A DNA stretch of 64,000 nucleotides from Ancylonema sp. (GCA_050230475.1 JBFLGF010000083.1:1-64000); one strand, 5' to 3'. Positions 25,727 through 39,499 are shown, counted from the stretch's first letter. Program-made: numbers and translations. Notes: generated from the sequence alone by a model not told the origin.

Positions 25727-27489
25727 TTAATTGCTTTGCACTTGCATTACAAGCGGTTGCTGGTCAACTAAAATTACAGACCCTTCCGGACGCATGATCC
25801 GACCAACGTCACGCAAGCGGCGCTCATGGAACACCTGGACAAATAAAAACAAGAAAGCGGGATATGTTAGTTGATAAAATCGGGCGTGGAAGCTGAAAAA
25901 TCGGGCGTGGAATCTACATAGGTAGGAAGAGAGAGTAACCAAACCCCACAAGTGATTCCAGTCCCCCCAATCAGCGATTGTACTCCCTCCACAAACCACA
26001 AGTTGTCCACGTACCTTTCCCAGGGCATATGAGAAAACGTTTCCCTCCTTGATTAGAGACATACATGCGCAAATACGTGGCACATCATGGTGCGTCGGCC
26101 CGCTCGTAAATCACTCCCACATTATCCACACCATGTCCGTACTGAAGCACCCCCTTCCGAATCCGCCCCCAACGCGGTCGCGCAAAATACCTAAAAAATG
26201 TGCGGTATTTTGGTCACCCATTTTCCTCCACTTCAAAGTCTCATTTTCATACTTGTCCCCTGAACACCCGTGTCTCAACCGTGGCGCATGGGGGGGGCGA
26301 TTCCACACACGTGTTTGACGTGGCACCTCCCTACGTGTGGGCACTCTCAAACGCACTGAAGTGGGGGTGGTGAGGCACGCCTGGACTCACTCATTCATCA
26401 CGGAACATGGCTTTCTTGCCATATCTTGTGCGTGGGACCCCTATCCACATTCCTGTGGTTAAATGGCCATGTCTATAAAACCCCTCGACTCCCCATATCC
26501 CCTCTATCACTAACCACCCTCTTACTTCTCACGGGCTACTGACTATCTTTACACTCTAAATTGATTGCAGCACGTGTCCCCCCCCCACCCTTAAGTGAAG
26601 TGCTCTCTCTAGTGCCACCCCATACGACTCCATGCCCTTTGAAACTGGGGAAAGCATTCTGAATAACCATTCAGTGTGCAGGGACTGGCCAGGGTGGGGG
26701 GGTTTGCCACCCCGTGGGGGAGGGGGGGAAGTACAAGGGTAGCTCCTTTGCCGGGGGATGGACCCTCCGAATCTGGTCCTCCCCCTCATGCCATGGGGCG
26801 GCATCTGCATACTGTCAGTCGCGTGGGGGTTAGGGCGGGACGACCGCAACTCCAACTTCTTCCTCAAACCTTGGCCCTGCATCGACCAAGGAGCGCCTCC
26901 TTGCCCCCCCCACCCCCCAGTCTTTCTATTTCGTCTGCCCAGCATTTCCTTCCGCTTGTCGGTCCTCGTCCGGCACAGTCACAGGTGGTGCTGTGTCAAA
27001 TACCACGTCATCACTGGCATATGTGGCAAGTGGAGGCTGAGCTTCGTTGGGAATATGAACTCCCCGACTTTTCTTCCGACCATGCTTCCCCACCTTGCGA
27101 GAGGACCCTCCTCTCCTCTCCTTATGAGGCTTTACCGTCGTCGTCTCCGGCTCCCCGACAGGTTTAAGATCGCCCTTGTGGTCCCTCAGCTCAACCCCCC
27201 ACGCTTCTCCATCCTCGTCTACCTCGACGAGACCCATATCGAACAGCGTGTCACCCTCCGTCTCACCCTCGAATCCGAAGTCAATCTCAGGCTTTTGAGA
27301 CCGCTCAACCTTGCGGACTCCAGTATCTGCTGTAGATGTGGGGTAGAGGAGTGGATATCCGGCAGAAGGAGAAGTGTCGCTCATGTGGGCCAAAACGAAG
27401 AAGAGGACACAGAGGAGGAACGTGACGACCGCGACAGCTGCGCAGAGACGCCCAGCATCCCTGCGAAACAGCATTCGGAGCTGCAACAT
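25727..27489 (-). pseudogene. Decayed type II membrane SAM-dependent methyltransferase (PMT / Methyltransf_29-like)
   Basis: N-terminal TM segment (LCAAVAVVTFLLCVLFFVLA), then frameshifted remnants VVPP..PW..DQI, DKYENETLKWRK, GGGF...VWIM, NVGVIYER, GNVFS and DVGRIMRPEGSVILVD, in the family order. Stops and frameshifts are present. Confidence 0.55.
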
Positions 27490-27873
27490 GGGTGGAGAGT
27501 AATGGGCCGACGTAGACGGAAATTATGGTGCAACGTGGAGAAAGTAATAACGTGGAAATATAGGCGGTGTAGCGTCAGTGGGTGGAAGAAAGTCAGCAAG
27601 TTTCCTTCGAAGGTGGATAACTAGGCGGAGACCTGCATGGGAGGCACTTACACTCTATTTAGGAGAGAATGCGTGAGAATATCCAATCGATGGTTTACAT
27701 CGAAAGAAAGCTACTGGGATGGCAGGATACTCTCATCATGCTTGTCCCGCTCCTGTCTTTCTGATGTGAGAAGACCAGAAAGTCGCGCCAGGCGCAGAAG
27801 TAAGCCACTCCGGCGCTCTACTTCCAAACAAACGCCAAAACCTGGCGCTTTGTCAATTAGCGCCACGAGTACA

Positions 27874-30381
27874 ATGACTGTATACCGGATATCTGCGCCC
27901 CTAGGGATCGATACAACGATAGCAACGATGACCACCGGGAGATTCAGCAGGCGGAATTGGGGCGAGAAGTGAGACCAGCTGAGAACAGATCGTGGCGTCA
28001 GGAACGCCTGTGTTGAAGTTCGTCGCGAGTGCAAAGCCTGAAGTCACCTTTGTACATGTCATTTTTGGTTCCCAGATTCTTTTCCGTTGGATGCGTCTAC
28101 CATTCGCTGCCAATTCTGTTGCAACATTTTTTTTTTGAAGTCTTTGGTCGTAAAAATCATGTGCATGTTTTAACCGTGTATTCTGCTGTATTACTCATTT
28201 GTAACTCATATGGCTACTCATGTCCATCGGCCATCCATAAAGATATCGTCAGCTTCATCTTTGTGGAAGAAGGAGGTACGAATCTGAATCCCGGCATGTT
28301 GGAATTGGACCTGAATTCTGCAGAGCACGCGATAAACAAAGTAATCGAAAGTTCTCAGGTATTCGTAGTTGGGTCTCTCGCCGACATCTCGCATTCGATT
28401 GAGTCCACGCTGTTATTTCGAAAGTCACGGGAAGTCATTCAAAGACTCCGAGCATGCTTTCGGAAGAAGTTGCCGTTGCTGTCTAAGTGATTTTTTATTC
28501 TTTTTGTTCTTTTCGCAGCTGCGAGACAGCTGTCTAAAGCGTGTCAGGATGAGCCGCAACGAGGTGTTGTGGAGAATTCGTTGCCAGAAACCCCCTCCTG
28601 CTTGGGACAGTGAAGTAGGTGGGGCATCAGTCGATCAATAATTCAACTGATAAGATCAACATGCTTCTGGATGTCAAAGGGATAACTCCAACATTAGGGT
28701 TTGCTTTCCACCGATGTCATTATTTCACAATCAGAGGTTTACAAGTACAAAATCCCATTTGCTGGACCTTACAACATATTGTGCTTCCTTGTAGGTGGAC
28801 TCCATCAAGACGTGACCTCCACACTCAAGTATATACTATCGGACCAGATAATGGCAAGCTGTCCTGTCTTCGACAATGTGTCATCCGGCTCTCCTTCGAC
28901 ACCTCCAAGAGCAGACATGTCGACAATCCAGTCTGAGACACTTACCTCACCTCCTAGAAACCCGATGCGCACCTCCCCTGGCGCCCTGAAACATTCTTCG
29001 AGAGAGGCAGAGAGTTGTGAAGCTATGGAGAGGCCAGGGTGTGATGAGGACATGCTTTGGGAGTATGACACGAGGGTAGGTGCGTCAGCTAGTTCACGCC
29101 ATGGGGCAGATGAGCTCAGCGGAGAGGAGTACGAAGCTTTACTAATGGAAATGCAGCGAGCGTTGTATGAGGACTTGCAAGGTGAGCATGGGCATGTGAA
29201 TGTATTTCTGGTCAACTTCTGCCAAGGATGCAGTCACAGTAGCAATAAACATCCATATTGCACATTTTCTGGTGTGGAGAATGGAAGCGTATGATTGTAC
29301 TCGTACACACTAGTTGCATGTTGAAGCTGTCAGACGCCAACGATTTGCAGGTGTTTTGCATGCAAAAAAAAACATTACCCCTTACTAACAAAAATTGGCG
29401 ATCATATTCAGGAATAGCCCCCCTTTGTTATTTGCTGCAATTTTTAGTACCAGTCCGAATCTGGTCGTAATCAGCAGCAAATGTGAGTGACAAGAGTGAG
29501 GAAACCTTGTGTTTTTTCTAAAATTTGCTATGTGCTGTGAAGGATCCAGACCTTCCATTTCAACGTTCCTTATTCCTCCCTTTCCCTCTATGCCAGAGCC
29601 GTCTGACTTGGCAGAGCAAGAGAAGGTTTGGGAACTGGAGGCAGCTGAAGACATGTAGCACTTGGAGGCTGCTCACGAGGTGAAGATCCACATCAAATAT
29701 TCAACCCTGTTGCTACATTGGAAGAAACAGGGCAGGCTGCCTTGTGGGCAAAACATCAGTGACCGCTGGTCTTTTCAATCTACTTGGCTTCTGCTTGTCC
29801 TGATTGTCTTGTACAATGCACGTGAATCGTGGACCATCTGCCAGCTGGCAGAAAATTATGTCATAGCCTGTCTGCCAGATGGCATTGCCTGGCGTTGTCT
29901 GGACATCTGCACAATTGGTACTTGTTTCTTCTGCAGGGCCCTGAGGTGCTCTGCCCTTTCTGTCGCCAACTGGCTGTGCGTCAAAACGGAAGCGTTTTAT
30001 TTTGCAGCTGTGGGTGTGGATTGGACACTGGATCTGAAGAGGTGAGGTTTGCGTCAAAATAGGAGCAGGACAATTCTCAAGCTGATCTCACAATGTACTT
30101 GGTTGCACTCATTCTCTGCTGCAACAGGGTACCAGTTTACTCTGTTTTATTATAATGTCAACCTGCTTCGACGTGACATACGTTGTCTGACAAGCCGGGG
30201 GTCAATGTTATATACACAGATGGGTCTTCAATATCTTCAAAAAAGAATTCACGAGGTGGTGGATGCACACTGGGAAGAGGGTTGTACAGGGCAACCACAT
30301 TTTGTGGTGGAGGACCAGTTTGAAGTGGAAACACTATGTTTGCGATGTGCTTGCTGTTCAACATTTCACATATTGCTTTAA
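27874..30381 (+). CDS. RPAIN: RPA-interacting protein (RPAIN/RIP) homolog, apparently disrupted
   Basis: Exons about 27874-27968, 28519-28618, 28795-29181, 29597-29679, 29937-30041, 30220-30381. Motifs W.EK-LRDSCLKRVR...LWRIR, EYEALLMEMQRALYEDL and a C-terminal zinc finger CPFC...CSCG...H...GC...CACC. In-frame TAG at 29656-29658 and a 1-nt phase mismatch at the first intron. Confidence 0.8.
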
Positions 30382-31210
30382 TTGTGATTTAGATTTGTAC
30401 CTCGCTCCATGTAATCAACCTCAGGATCAGTGTACATACAACTTCTCTGATTTGCTCTCAGGGATTGCTCCATGACTTATGGGGCGTAGTTGACCGCGTT
30501 TAGCATTTCTGCTATGGCTAGACCTTGATAGGTTCACATGGGCGGTTGTAATGCTTTTCAATCCTTTCCTTTCCATTCTGCATGACACTTTCAATCACAT
30601 GCAGTTTGCTGTGCGCCCAGTCAGCTCACACAGAAAAAATCTCGCACACCTTTGCACACTCTTTGGGGCATGTATGGCAGAGGCACACGTCATAAGCGAT
30701 TGGCCCGGAAATCATAAAGAAAATAATGCGGAAGAACAAACACGTAGGAAGAACAAACACGTAGTACCAAAACCTCCCTAAACTACCATCATTACAAGCC
30801 AAGCCAATTTGCATTTACTTACTCTGTAATCAAATTGCATGAGCCATCTGCACCTCAATCTCTCTAACATGTACTAACCAATCCTTCAGCACTACCTGCC
30901 TTTTTACACCCCGTCAGACCTACCCAGGCGCCCTACAATTACGGGGTACATATCCACAGCCCCCATCACAATCCAGAAGGTAAAACCCCACTCTCATCTA
31001 CAGCCACCTCCACTTTTCCATTCCCCAATTTTTCCTCCCTTTCAACTGCAGCCCCCTCTCAACTAGCAAGCAGCTCTTCCCCTGACCTCCAAACATTGTT
31101 TTCTCCCTACTTTCTGGGAACCTTCCTCACCCGTAACCGCATGCCAGCTACAAAACTGAAGTCCAACTCCTCTATTTGCTTCTTCTCCATCCCACCCCAA
31201 CCTCCCCAGT

Positions 31211-32586
31211 TCAGCCCACCATAATTTGGTCGCAAGCTTGAAGTGCCTGTTGGGCAAAGTATCGGACATCCGTATCCGGGTCTTCGTTCAACTCAATCAA
31301 ACACGGCCGAATCTTGTGCTCCACAACCTGAATAATAACAGCAGGAAGCGGTTTACATTTGGACCCCAGTTGGTAATGCCCCCTAAAGTCTTTAAATCTT
31401 CTCAGGGGGTCAAACCCTGGTGACAATTTCAAATGACCTGGTAGGGTGCAAAACCCCTCCAGCAGAAAGCACAACCATACTCAGCTTGCACAACAAGTGT
31501 TTCTATCAGCTTCGAGTGATTTTGAACTCTTTTTTCTGGGGTTAGAGACACGTGCAGCAAAAACCCCGCACTGTACGGGCCAAGTGTGGACAAATCAACA
31601 GAGCTAGTCACTACCACCAAGGGCGGCTTCAACAGAAGCACAGAATCGACAGAAGTTACAGAAATGGAAGATAGCAAAAGTGGCAGAAGTGGTAGAAGTG
31701 GCAGAAGTGGCAGTAGTGACAGAAGTGGCAACAGAAGAAAATTTTGGCAGAAATGGCAGAAGACGCCAAACTCCCCGTAGTGGATAAACTGGCAGAAACA
31801 TCGCAGAGCACATGGAAGTTAGTGGCAAAGAACCCCAACTTACCGTAGAGTCGACGATGGGAATGAAGTTCTGAAGCATTTTGGCGACGTTGAAACGAAT
31901 GTTTGGCACCCTGCAGACGATCATTCACCCCCCTCCTCACTACGCTTAGACTGGAAGGTCGTTCAGAATCCGGCTGCAGGTTAGTGGCTGGCCCTATACC
32001 TGTCCTTGGCTGCGTTGACCACCACGTCCAACATGTTGGGAATCGGGTTCTCCGTCCGCTGCGAATCCGCGGTGAGAACGGGAGCCAGGAGCGAAATCGA
32101 CTCCAGGACGGTCATGCGGTACAAGTAGTGGGAAGCGCTCATCTTCTCAAGGACCTGGGGGAGGGGGGAGGGGGGAGGGGGGGGGGTGGGAGGGATGGGG
32201 GGGACAAATTGGGCGGATCAGGCATCTCTAGGATTCGATTCTCTGCATCGTTTCTGTGTCTGTAGGACTGACCGTAGTATTTGTTTGTTGTATGGTACCT
32301 GAGGGATGATCTGCGTTTGCGCCCAGTCGGATCCGAATGCCACCGCCAGGTTTTTGAGGTTCAACGCTGCGGCTTGACGGATGGAGTACACCTGGAAGGG
32401 AAAACACAGTGAATTTCAGATACTCAAGAAAAAAAAAAAAAAAAAAAAACTTGGGGGGGGGGTGTAAGAACTTTCATAAAACATAACTAAAATTAATCAT
32501 AAAAAGTCAGTAATATATATAATAATAATAATAATCATCATCATCATCATCATAATAAAAATAATAAATTTTTTATTATTATAAAT

Positions 32587-32626
<40 letters not shown>

Positions 32627-35121
32627 AAAGGAAAACAAAACAAATAATAACATTTTTTAAAAAAAAACCCAAACAAACGTATTATACGTAGGTAGGAGAA
32701 TAATGACTTTCATGGGCTTATGTGGTTCTTCTCAAAGAGATATACCTGATCCTCCAGCCAGTTCATGCAGAGCGGTCGGAGTTTGTCGTTATAAAACTCC
32801 ACCCCCAACTGCTGCGACAGCAGAGGGATATACTCGATGATCGCCAGACGCACTCTCCAGTGTCTGTCCTCCGCCAGCTCCACGATGGCGGGGAGGAGAG
32901 ATTTGGAAAGGAGATCGATGCCGATGACCTGGCGACGGGGAAGCCAAAACGAATGAGATGAGAGTAAGGGTGAGAAGATCCCTTTCTGGAGAGGCGGGAG
33001 CAGGAAGGCCTGTGCTGTCTGTGTACCTGATTCACTTCGTCTAGTTTGCTGATGATGTTCAGACGCACGTCGGGGAACTCGTCTTTCAGCAGCGCAAGGA
33101 AAATGGGGAGGAGCTGGTCGATCGTGGCTTCCTGCACACGCAGCGATTGACTGTCGCGGTTATGGACCCCTGCCTCTGATAACCGTGTGTTGCCAGTGAC
33201 CCACCCAGCCATACCTTCCCCAGGAGAGGCGCCATCCCCATGATGACTGAGGCCAGCTGAGCCCGCACGTGCTGAGAGGTGTCCGTGGACAGGTCCTGGT
33301 AGGGACGGGAAAACATGAGGTCAGAACACACGCGAATTCCAAGTGAAACATGCAGTACAGTACAGTACGGTTTTCTTCTACCTCTCGGGATGGAGGGTTT
33401 TGCCTCACCTTCACGCAGGGCAGAATGGTCTGCATGGCCTGCTGGGGAGTGAGGATGGAGCAGAATTTGGTGACCTTCCCCGCTGCAGCAATACGCACTT
33501 CTGCCTCGTTGTCGCAGAGGAGACGGGTGTACGCGGGGACCAGCTCCGTCCTGCGATACATACACAGGGGCCACGTGGCGCGTTACAGACCTGCCACGTG
33601 GCAGGAGTACGGCACGGGCGGACACAGGCCCACCTGGCATGTTCCGCCCCAACCGCGTCGCACAGTTCGTAGAGCTGGTTGGCGACCATGTATCGCACCC
33701 TCCACGACTTGTCCTGTGAGAACGCGATGATGAAGGGCAGGACGCTGTGGATGCACTCCGCGCGGTCCAGGAGCTTCCCCAGGGTAGCGCAGTCTTCCAC
33801 GGCGAGGAGGCGTACGGAATCCTGGTCGTCTTGGGTGAGGTCTTTGAAAAATGCCATCACCTCCGTCTTCAATAAGGGGGCCTCGATGGTGCCCCCAAAC
33901 TTGCCGAGGTTCAGAGCGGCGGAGCGGCGGACCATGGGCATGTCATCATGACAGAGTTGACCGTAAGTCAACCGGAGGTCGGTCCTCAGGGGGTCGGCAG
34001 CAGCCGGGTAGGCAATGTGGAAGAGGCCGCAGGCGGATACCCGGGCAGTGAACCATTCCCCGCCTGCCAGCCTCTGCAGGGGGGGGGGGGGGGGGGGGGT
34101 AACCGGGTCGTCAAGGTGAGGGTTTTGACCTGAGTCAGGGACCACCACCGAGGGTTTAGGGAGAAGGTTTCCACAAGCCAGTGAAGTACGGACTGGGAAG
34201 CTGGTAAACCTAGTGCCACCTCAGAGCTTGCCCATACTTCTGTCTCGAAGGATGGGACTAAGTACGGTGCACCTGCCGTCCAACCGGCAGTGTGTCAACC
34301 CCACTGATGTAACGAGCCCGTGCAACCGCGACAAAAACCCTGAGTCTGCTTATAACCGAGCCTCGGCACCCGTACCCGCCTGGAGCCAAATCTCTTTGTA
34401 GGGGTCTACACGTGGTGCACTTTTTCAGTGTGTTGGCAATTGCAGCATATCACACGGGCAAGCAGTAAACAATTATACCTAACCAGTCAAGGCCGGAAAG
34501 TCGTTAAGCCACCACCAGAACGGTTGCAGCTTTACAATAAAAGCAGAGCCAATGAGGAACGAGGAATAGTTTCCTTATCATATGTGATTCAGTCAGAGAA
34601 GACGTGAGACCAGAACGCCCAGTAGGATTGGACAGAATCCGTGTTTTGAATTACGGTGATGTAGTTTGAATTCATTGAGAAGATTCAGCTGGATACAGAA
34701 GCGACTAGGAAATTACCTTGACAAGAGGGATAAACCCCTCGACAAGGTCTCTCTCGCGCATCTGGGCCCCTATTTTGCATAGCGAGTCGACCGCCTTGTC
34801 CCTGACAACAGTCTCTTCAACAGTACAAAGGGTTTCGAGAGGGTGAAGGAGAAGTGGGGCATAATCCGGTCCCCCAACGTACGGAACAAAACCCCCCAGC
34901 TCCTCTGCCATCGCAAGAAGCACCTCGTCATCATCATCGTTGTTCTCGATCAGAAATGGAATCAGCTCCGAGCGTGTGCGCTCTGCGCCTAGCGCTTTGG
35001 CTATGACGCTGAGGCGTTTAATGGAGTTGAGACGCCATTGAATGTCGTCGTTCTTTAGCTCGTCGATGAGAATGGCGATAGGATATAGGGGCTCGTCAGA
35101 GAGGGTCATCGCAGAAGCCAT
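31211..35121 (-). CDS. PP2AA: Protein phosphatase 2A scaffold subunit A (PR65, HEAT repeats), 10 exons
   Basis: Exons 35121-34717, 34073-33634, 33550-33409, 33295-33215, 33131-33027, 32928-32746, 32391-32299, 32154-32000, 31910-31844, 31327-31211, all GT-AG and in phase. Motifs [68 protein letters not shown]. Confidence 0.97.
31670..31800. repeat. 9-bp GTGGCAGAA tandem repeat in the last PP2A-A intron
   Basis: Several degenerate GTGGCAGAA units in tandem. Confidence 0.8.
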
Positions 35122-36079
35122 CAGACCGGCAACAAGATATTACAGGAAACTGCAAATGGCACGTGGACACGAAGAAAACCTGGATGAGCCAGAAAAGGCA
35201 GCAATTACCAGCACAGGCAATGCGGCTAAAGTAGGTTGTCTAAGTTCTTGAAGCTTGTCAGGGCTAGCTAATCCCCTCTCCCCTACGAAACCAGGCAGTA
35301 GAGCATGAGAGAGCCCCAAAAACGGTCTCAGCAAACGAAAAAGCACGCGAAAAGCACGGCACTGTAACCCTCGATATTACGATCAAAATAAAACCTGGAA
35401 TATACCGGCCAGGTTTATAGCCCCCGACAATAATTACCAAAGTGCTGGGGCGGGGCAAGGAAATTAATTCAAAAAATCGTAAATTGGGGCCTTAAGTACC
35501 GGTAAATCCGGCCTATATTTCGGCCTGGGGCATTATCCAAAATTCATTTTTCCCGCCTGGGGCTTTATCCGGTGAGCCTACGAGCCGGGCAGCGGGCTGC
35601 CGCCCGGAGACGGGAGCTCCAGGCTTGAGGGAGCTCCCGTCGTCATATACTCGGACGTCGGGAGGGGCTCATATTACGGGCTAACAGCAGATACGAGAGG
35701 TTAGGTTTTGAAGTACCGTAAATGATTTTTAATTAATTATTGAAACCCGAAAGTAATCATTTAAATTAATTACTAAATGGTTAATAAAGGATACTCAAAA
35801 TCATCAATAAATCCCGTTTTGGGAATCATTTACGGGAAATTCGGGGTCACCTGGATGTGAGGGGTACACGACAAAGTAGGCATGTGCAAAAGGACACATT
35901 TTTGGACGAGTGATATTTACGACGTCAGAAACTACGTACCGGGCCCTGAAGTCCCAGGATATGGGAAATAATACCGACTAAACGCGATACACGACAAATT
36001 AAGACCATCCATAACGACAATGTCGCGACGAGTACGAGTGCTTGCCACGTGCACTTGTGACATCAAAATGTACAATAAA

Positions 36080-36944
36080 GGGAGCTCGTACTGCCAAAAC
36101 ATAGTTCTTAATGCCAAAGCAGATTTCCCCGATAGGACTTACGGGGGACCGTAGATGCAGCTCGAAAAGACTTGGTGGCTTGTGGGCCGTCGACCTCTAG
36201 TACGGCCTATTTTGTCGAGATTCAGTTGTATATATTCTAGATCTACGGGCCGCAAACAAATGTTTTCCGTCCGCCTGTGCGACGTGGCACCTTCAGAAGC
36301 CTGTACCGTTGTTTCAAATTCCCAGCCCACGTCCTCGAGATGTAGCAATCGGTGAGCCCACCCAAAATTCTATGTGGACTGCGGGCTTTCAGAGCTCGCA
36401 GCCCAGATTGCAGGCAACGGCCCAGCTCGGAGCCCGCAGCCCAGCCTTGCAGCATGCAGTCCGCAGCCCAGCTTTCAGGCCGTTATTTTGCGCCGCAAGC
36501 TGGGCTCCACCGAATCTTCAATTCAGGCATAATTCTTTGAGCTCTGGGCTGCATCCGATTATTTGGGCTGTGGTCTGGGCTGCCAGCTGCATTCTGCGAG
36601 GCTGAGTTCTGCTATCTCGACTGCGGGCTCCCGCTACCCGCAGCCCATAGAATTTGGGTGGGCTCACCAATCGCTAGATCTCGAGGACTTGGGCCGGGAG
36701 GAATTTGAACAACGGTGGTACAAGCTTCTGAAGGGGCCACGTCGCACAGGCGGACAGAAAACATTTGTTTGCGGCCCGTAGATCTAGAATATCTACAACT
36801 GAATCTCGACAAAGTAGGCCGTACTACAGGTCGACGGCCCACAAGCCACCAAGTCCTTTCGAGCTGCATCTACGGTCCCCCGTAAGTCCTGTCGGGGGAA
36901 TCTGCTTTGGCATTAAGAACAATGTTTTGGCAGTACGAGCTCCC
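36080..36944. mobile_element. Mutator-like foldback MITE, 865 bp
   Basis: About 300-bp TIRs starting GGGAGCTCGTACTGCCAAAACA. Perfect 9-bp TSD TACAATAAA at 36071-36079 and 36945-36953. Confidence 0.95.
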
Positions 36945-38033
36945 TACAATAAATATGTAAGAATGACCCAGATAAGGACAAATCATTTGATTTTAAATTC
37001 CTAAACAAGGAAATCTTTTACACTTTTTATTCCTACAATCCGGACTCATCCCCAAAAATCATTGATAATAACTAACGGATTCATGGTATCATTACCAGAA
37101 ATCATCGATGATAACTAACGGAATCCCGTGATCATTTTGAAAAATCTTTACGAAAATAATTAATTGTGGAAAAACAGAAATCATTTAGGGTGCCCAGTAC
37201 GGTTTTAATTTAACAAGAGCAAACCCCGTCACCCCCATAATAAGGTGGGGCCTTATCTTCGCTAGGGCACCGAAAATAATTGCCATAAATGGGGTGGGGC
37301 CATAGATGGGTCTTTGGAGTGCGCGTCCCGCACGTGTTTCAAACGCGTGCGCGTGCCGCAGGCGGGCGCAAATCTCGCACACGGTGTGCTGACCCATAGG
37401 CGTGAAAATTATATGGGAGAGACTGCGGGCACCCCCCTCAGCGACTGCGGGCACCCCCTTCCGTAATAGTGAACGGGTATCCGGCGAAAATTCGCTCTAG
37501 ACAATGTCCCGGACCGATCTACCGTGATTTTTTTCGTTATCACTGTCTCGGAGCTACCTTCTCGCTCTTGCCACTGTCGCTGCGTCCCAGCTTGTGCCCC
37601 AGCTTGTGCCCAAGCTTGTGTCTCCATGCTCGCTGTTGCGTGCGTCTTCCTGTCCGCTTCGGGTTCTGCGCTGCGGAATCTCCGTGTGTCACATGCATTC
37701 AATGCTGTGCTCCTACTGTGCAAATGTGATTTGTGCCACTGTGACTCCGCGCTGCGGTTGCTCGCTACATAGGATGGTGTCTTATGTTCCGCTGCTTGTA
37801 GCTCGTTGCCGAGGTGTTCGAGGTGCCCGCGATGTTCATGACGACGACTAACTTGGAGACATTGATTTTTATTTCTCTAGAGGCCGCTCAGACGATCGAA
37901 TGGACGTTGGCAAGTAACTTCAGACTGAACATATAAGACAAGTAGGCACGCTAGGCCACCCTGAATCGCTCGCAACTCCAAGAAAGAGATGCCGCTCCTG
38001 TCCTACACCTAAGCTTTAGAATTAGGTGTCGCG

Positions 38034-38903
38034 CTGGGTTGGACAATACGCAATAAGCTATCAATACGCTGGGGACACAATACGCCATATTTCGCGTATT
38101 GAAAAATTTCGCGATTTGAAAATACGCGTTTTGTCAATAAATATATTTTTTGTCACGATTTTAGACCCCATACAAGATCCGGAAGTAGGATGATAACATT
38201 GGGTGCCTAATTTGAATCGAAGTGGCCATCAATACGGAGATATTTATCCTTGAAATACATGAGAGTCACATGTTTCACCAAAATATGTGCAATCGTTTTA
38301 TTTGTTTTGTTCGTGCGAGAATGAGGCGTTCATTTTCATAGACCCAATCTTCTCATCTTCTCTCTTCTCTAAATTTGATTGAATTTGCACACGTTTTCAC
38401 CAATCTTTACTCCTTTTTCGTTTTTATTAGTCCCAAAAATGGATCAACCGGGCCTTCCAGTTTTACTTGAGTATGGTAATTGAGAAAGTGAAATGCTAGA
38501 ATATAATAACGAATGCAATATTTTAATCCAAGAAACAATGATTCACAATAACAATTTAATGAGTCATACTTTTATTTTCTACCCATAGTTTTACTGCTCC
38601 TACTCATAACTTGAACTTGGACGGTCGGATGAGGTTTACTAGCGAGAATTAAGATGATTTTTTCCGTGCGATGTAGTATCGAACAAATTTCACTTTCGCT
38701 ATTTCATTTCCAAACGACGTGAACCTCGCTATGTTGTTTGCCTCCAAAAAATCAGTCATAACTAGAATTTCATACCGAAAATAAATACAATACCAAGAAT
38801 TAGCGTATTTTCAAGCGTATTTCAGCGTATCAATACGCTTGAAGCACAATACGCGTTTTTAGCGTATGATATCTTAGCGTATTGTGCGTATTCTGCAACC
38901 CAG
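38034..38903. mobile_element. Non-autonomous hAT-type element (AATACGC repeats)
   Basis: 19-bp TIR CTGGGTTGSASAATACGCA. Perfect 8-bp TSD GTGTCGCG at 38026-38033 and 38904-38911. Confidence 0.92.
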
Positions 38904-39276
38904 GTGTCGCGCAAGAAGCGGCTGGCGCGAGTAAATGCTGCCTCGAGCTAGAAGAGCTCCCCCTCACATGTGAGATGTAGTCTGAAGCAATCCTTCCAAA
39001 AAGGTGAGATACAGAGAGGGAGAGGGAGAAGGACATAAGCTATATGTTCATACCTCCAGGTTACATAGCTGTTTTTGGTTTTTATATGCTGAAATCCGAA
39101 TCACGGCATCATATAATGTGAGATCGAAAGAGGGAGAGGGACATAAAATAGTATATTTTTTAGATTCTTGGTCGAAATTCGGTTGTACGAGCGTTGAATA
39201 GAGATCCATTGTGGATTTTATTTTACACGCATTTATTTTTTATTTTTTTTGTATCTCGAAAATGTCGCTTTGTATA

Positions 39277-39499
39277 CCGTACTGGCCACACATTATGAAA
39301 ATTGTGGGTCGGGTCAAATAAAACAATGTTTTTTTTATAAAGAAATTGGGTCATTCCATGATGTGGGCCGTGAGATAGTAACCATTTTTCAAGATTTTGG
39401 TAAACTTCCTATTGTGTGCGCGGGTTGGGTCAAATGGTGTTTTTTCAATTAAATTAATTCGATTTGAATTACGCGGCTCATTATGTATGGCCGCTACAG
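39277..39499. mobile_element. Tc1/mariner-type MITE, same family as 5297-5535
   Basis: TA-flanked, with ends CCGTACTGGCCACACAT / ATGTATGGCCGCTACAG and the shared internal GTGGGTCGGGTCAAATAAAA. Confidence 0.8.

Noticed and set aside
26758..27624. 288-aa plus-strand ORF
   Set aside because: Antisense to the better-supported TM/methyltransferase-like frame, with no recognisable motifs.
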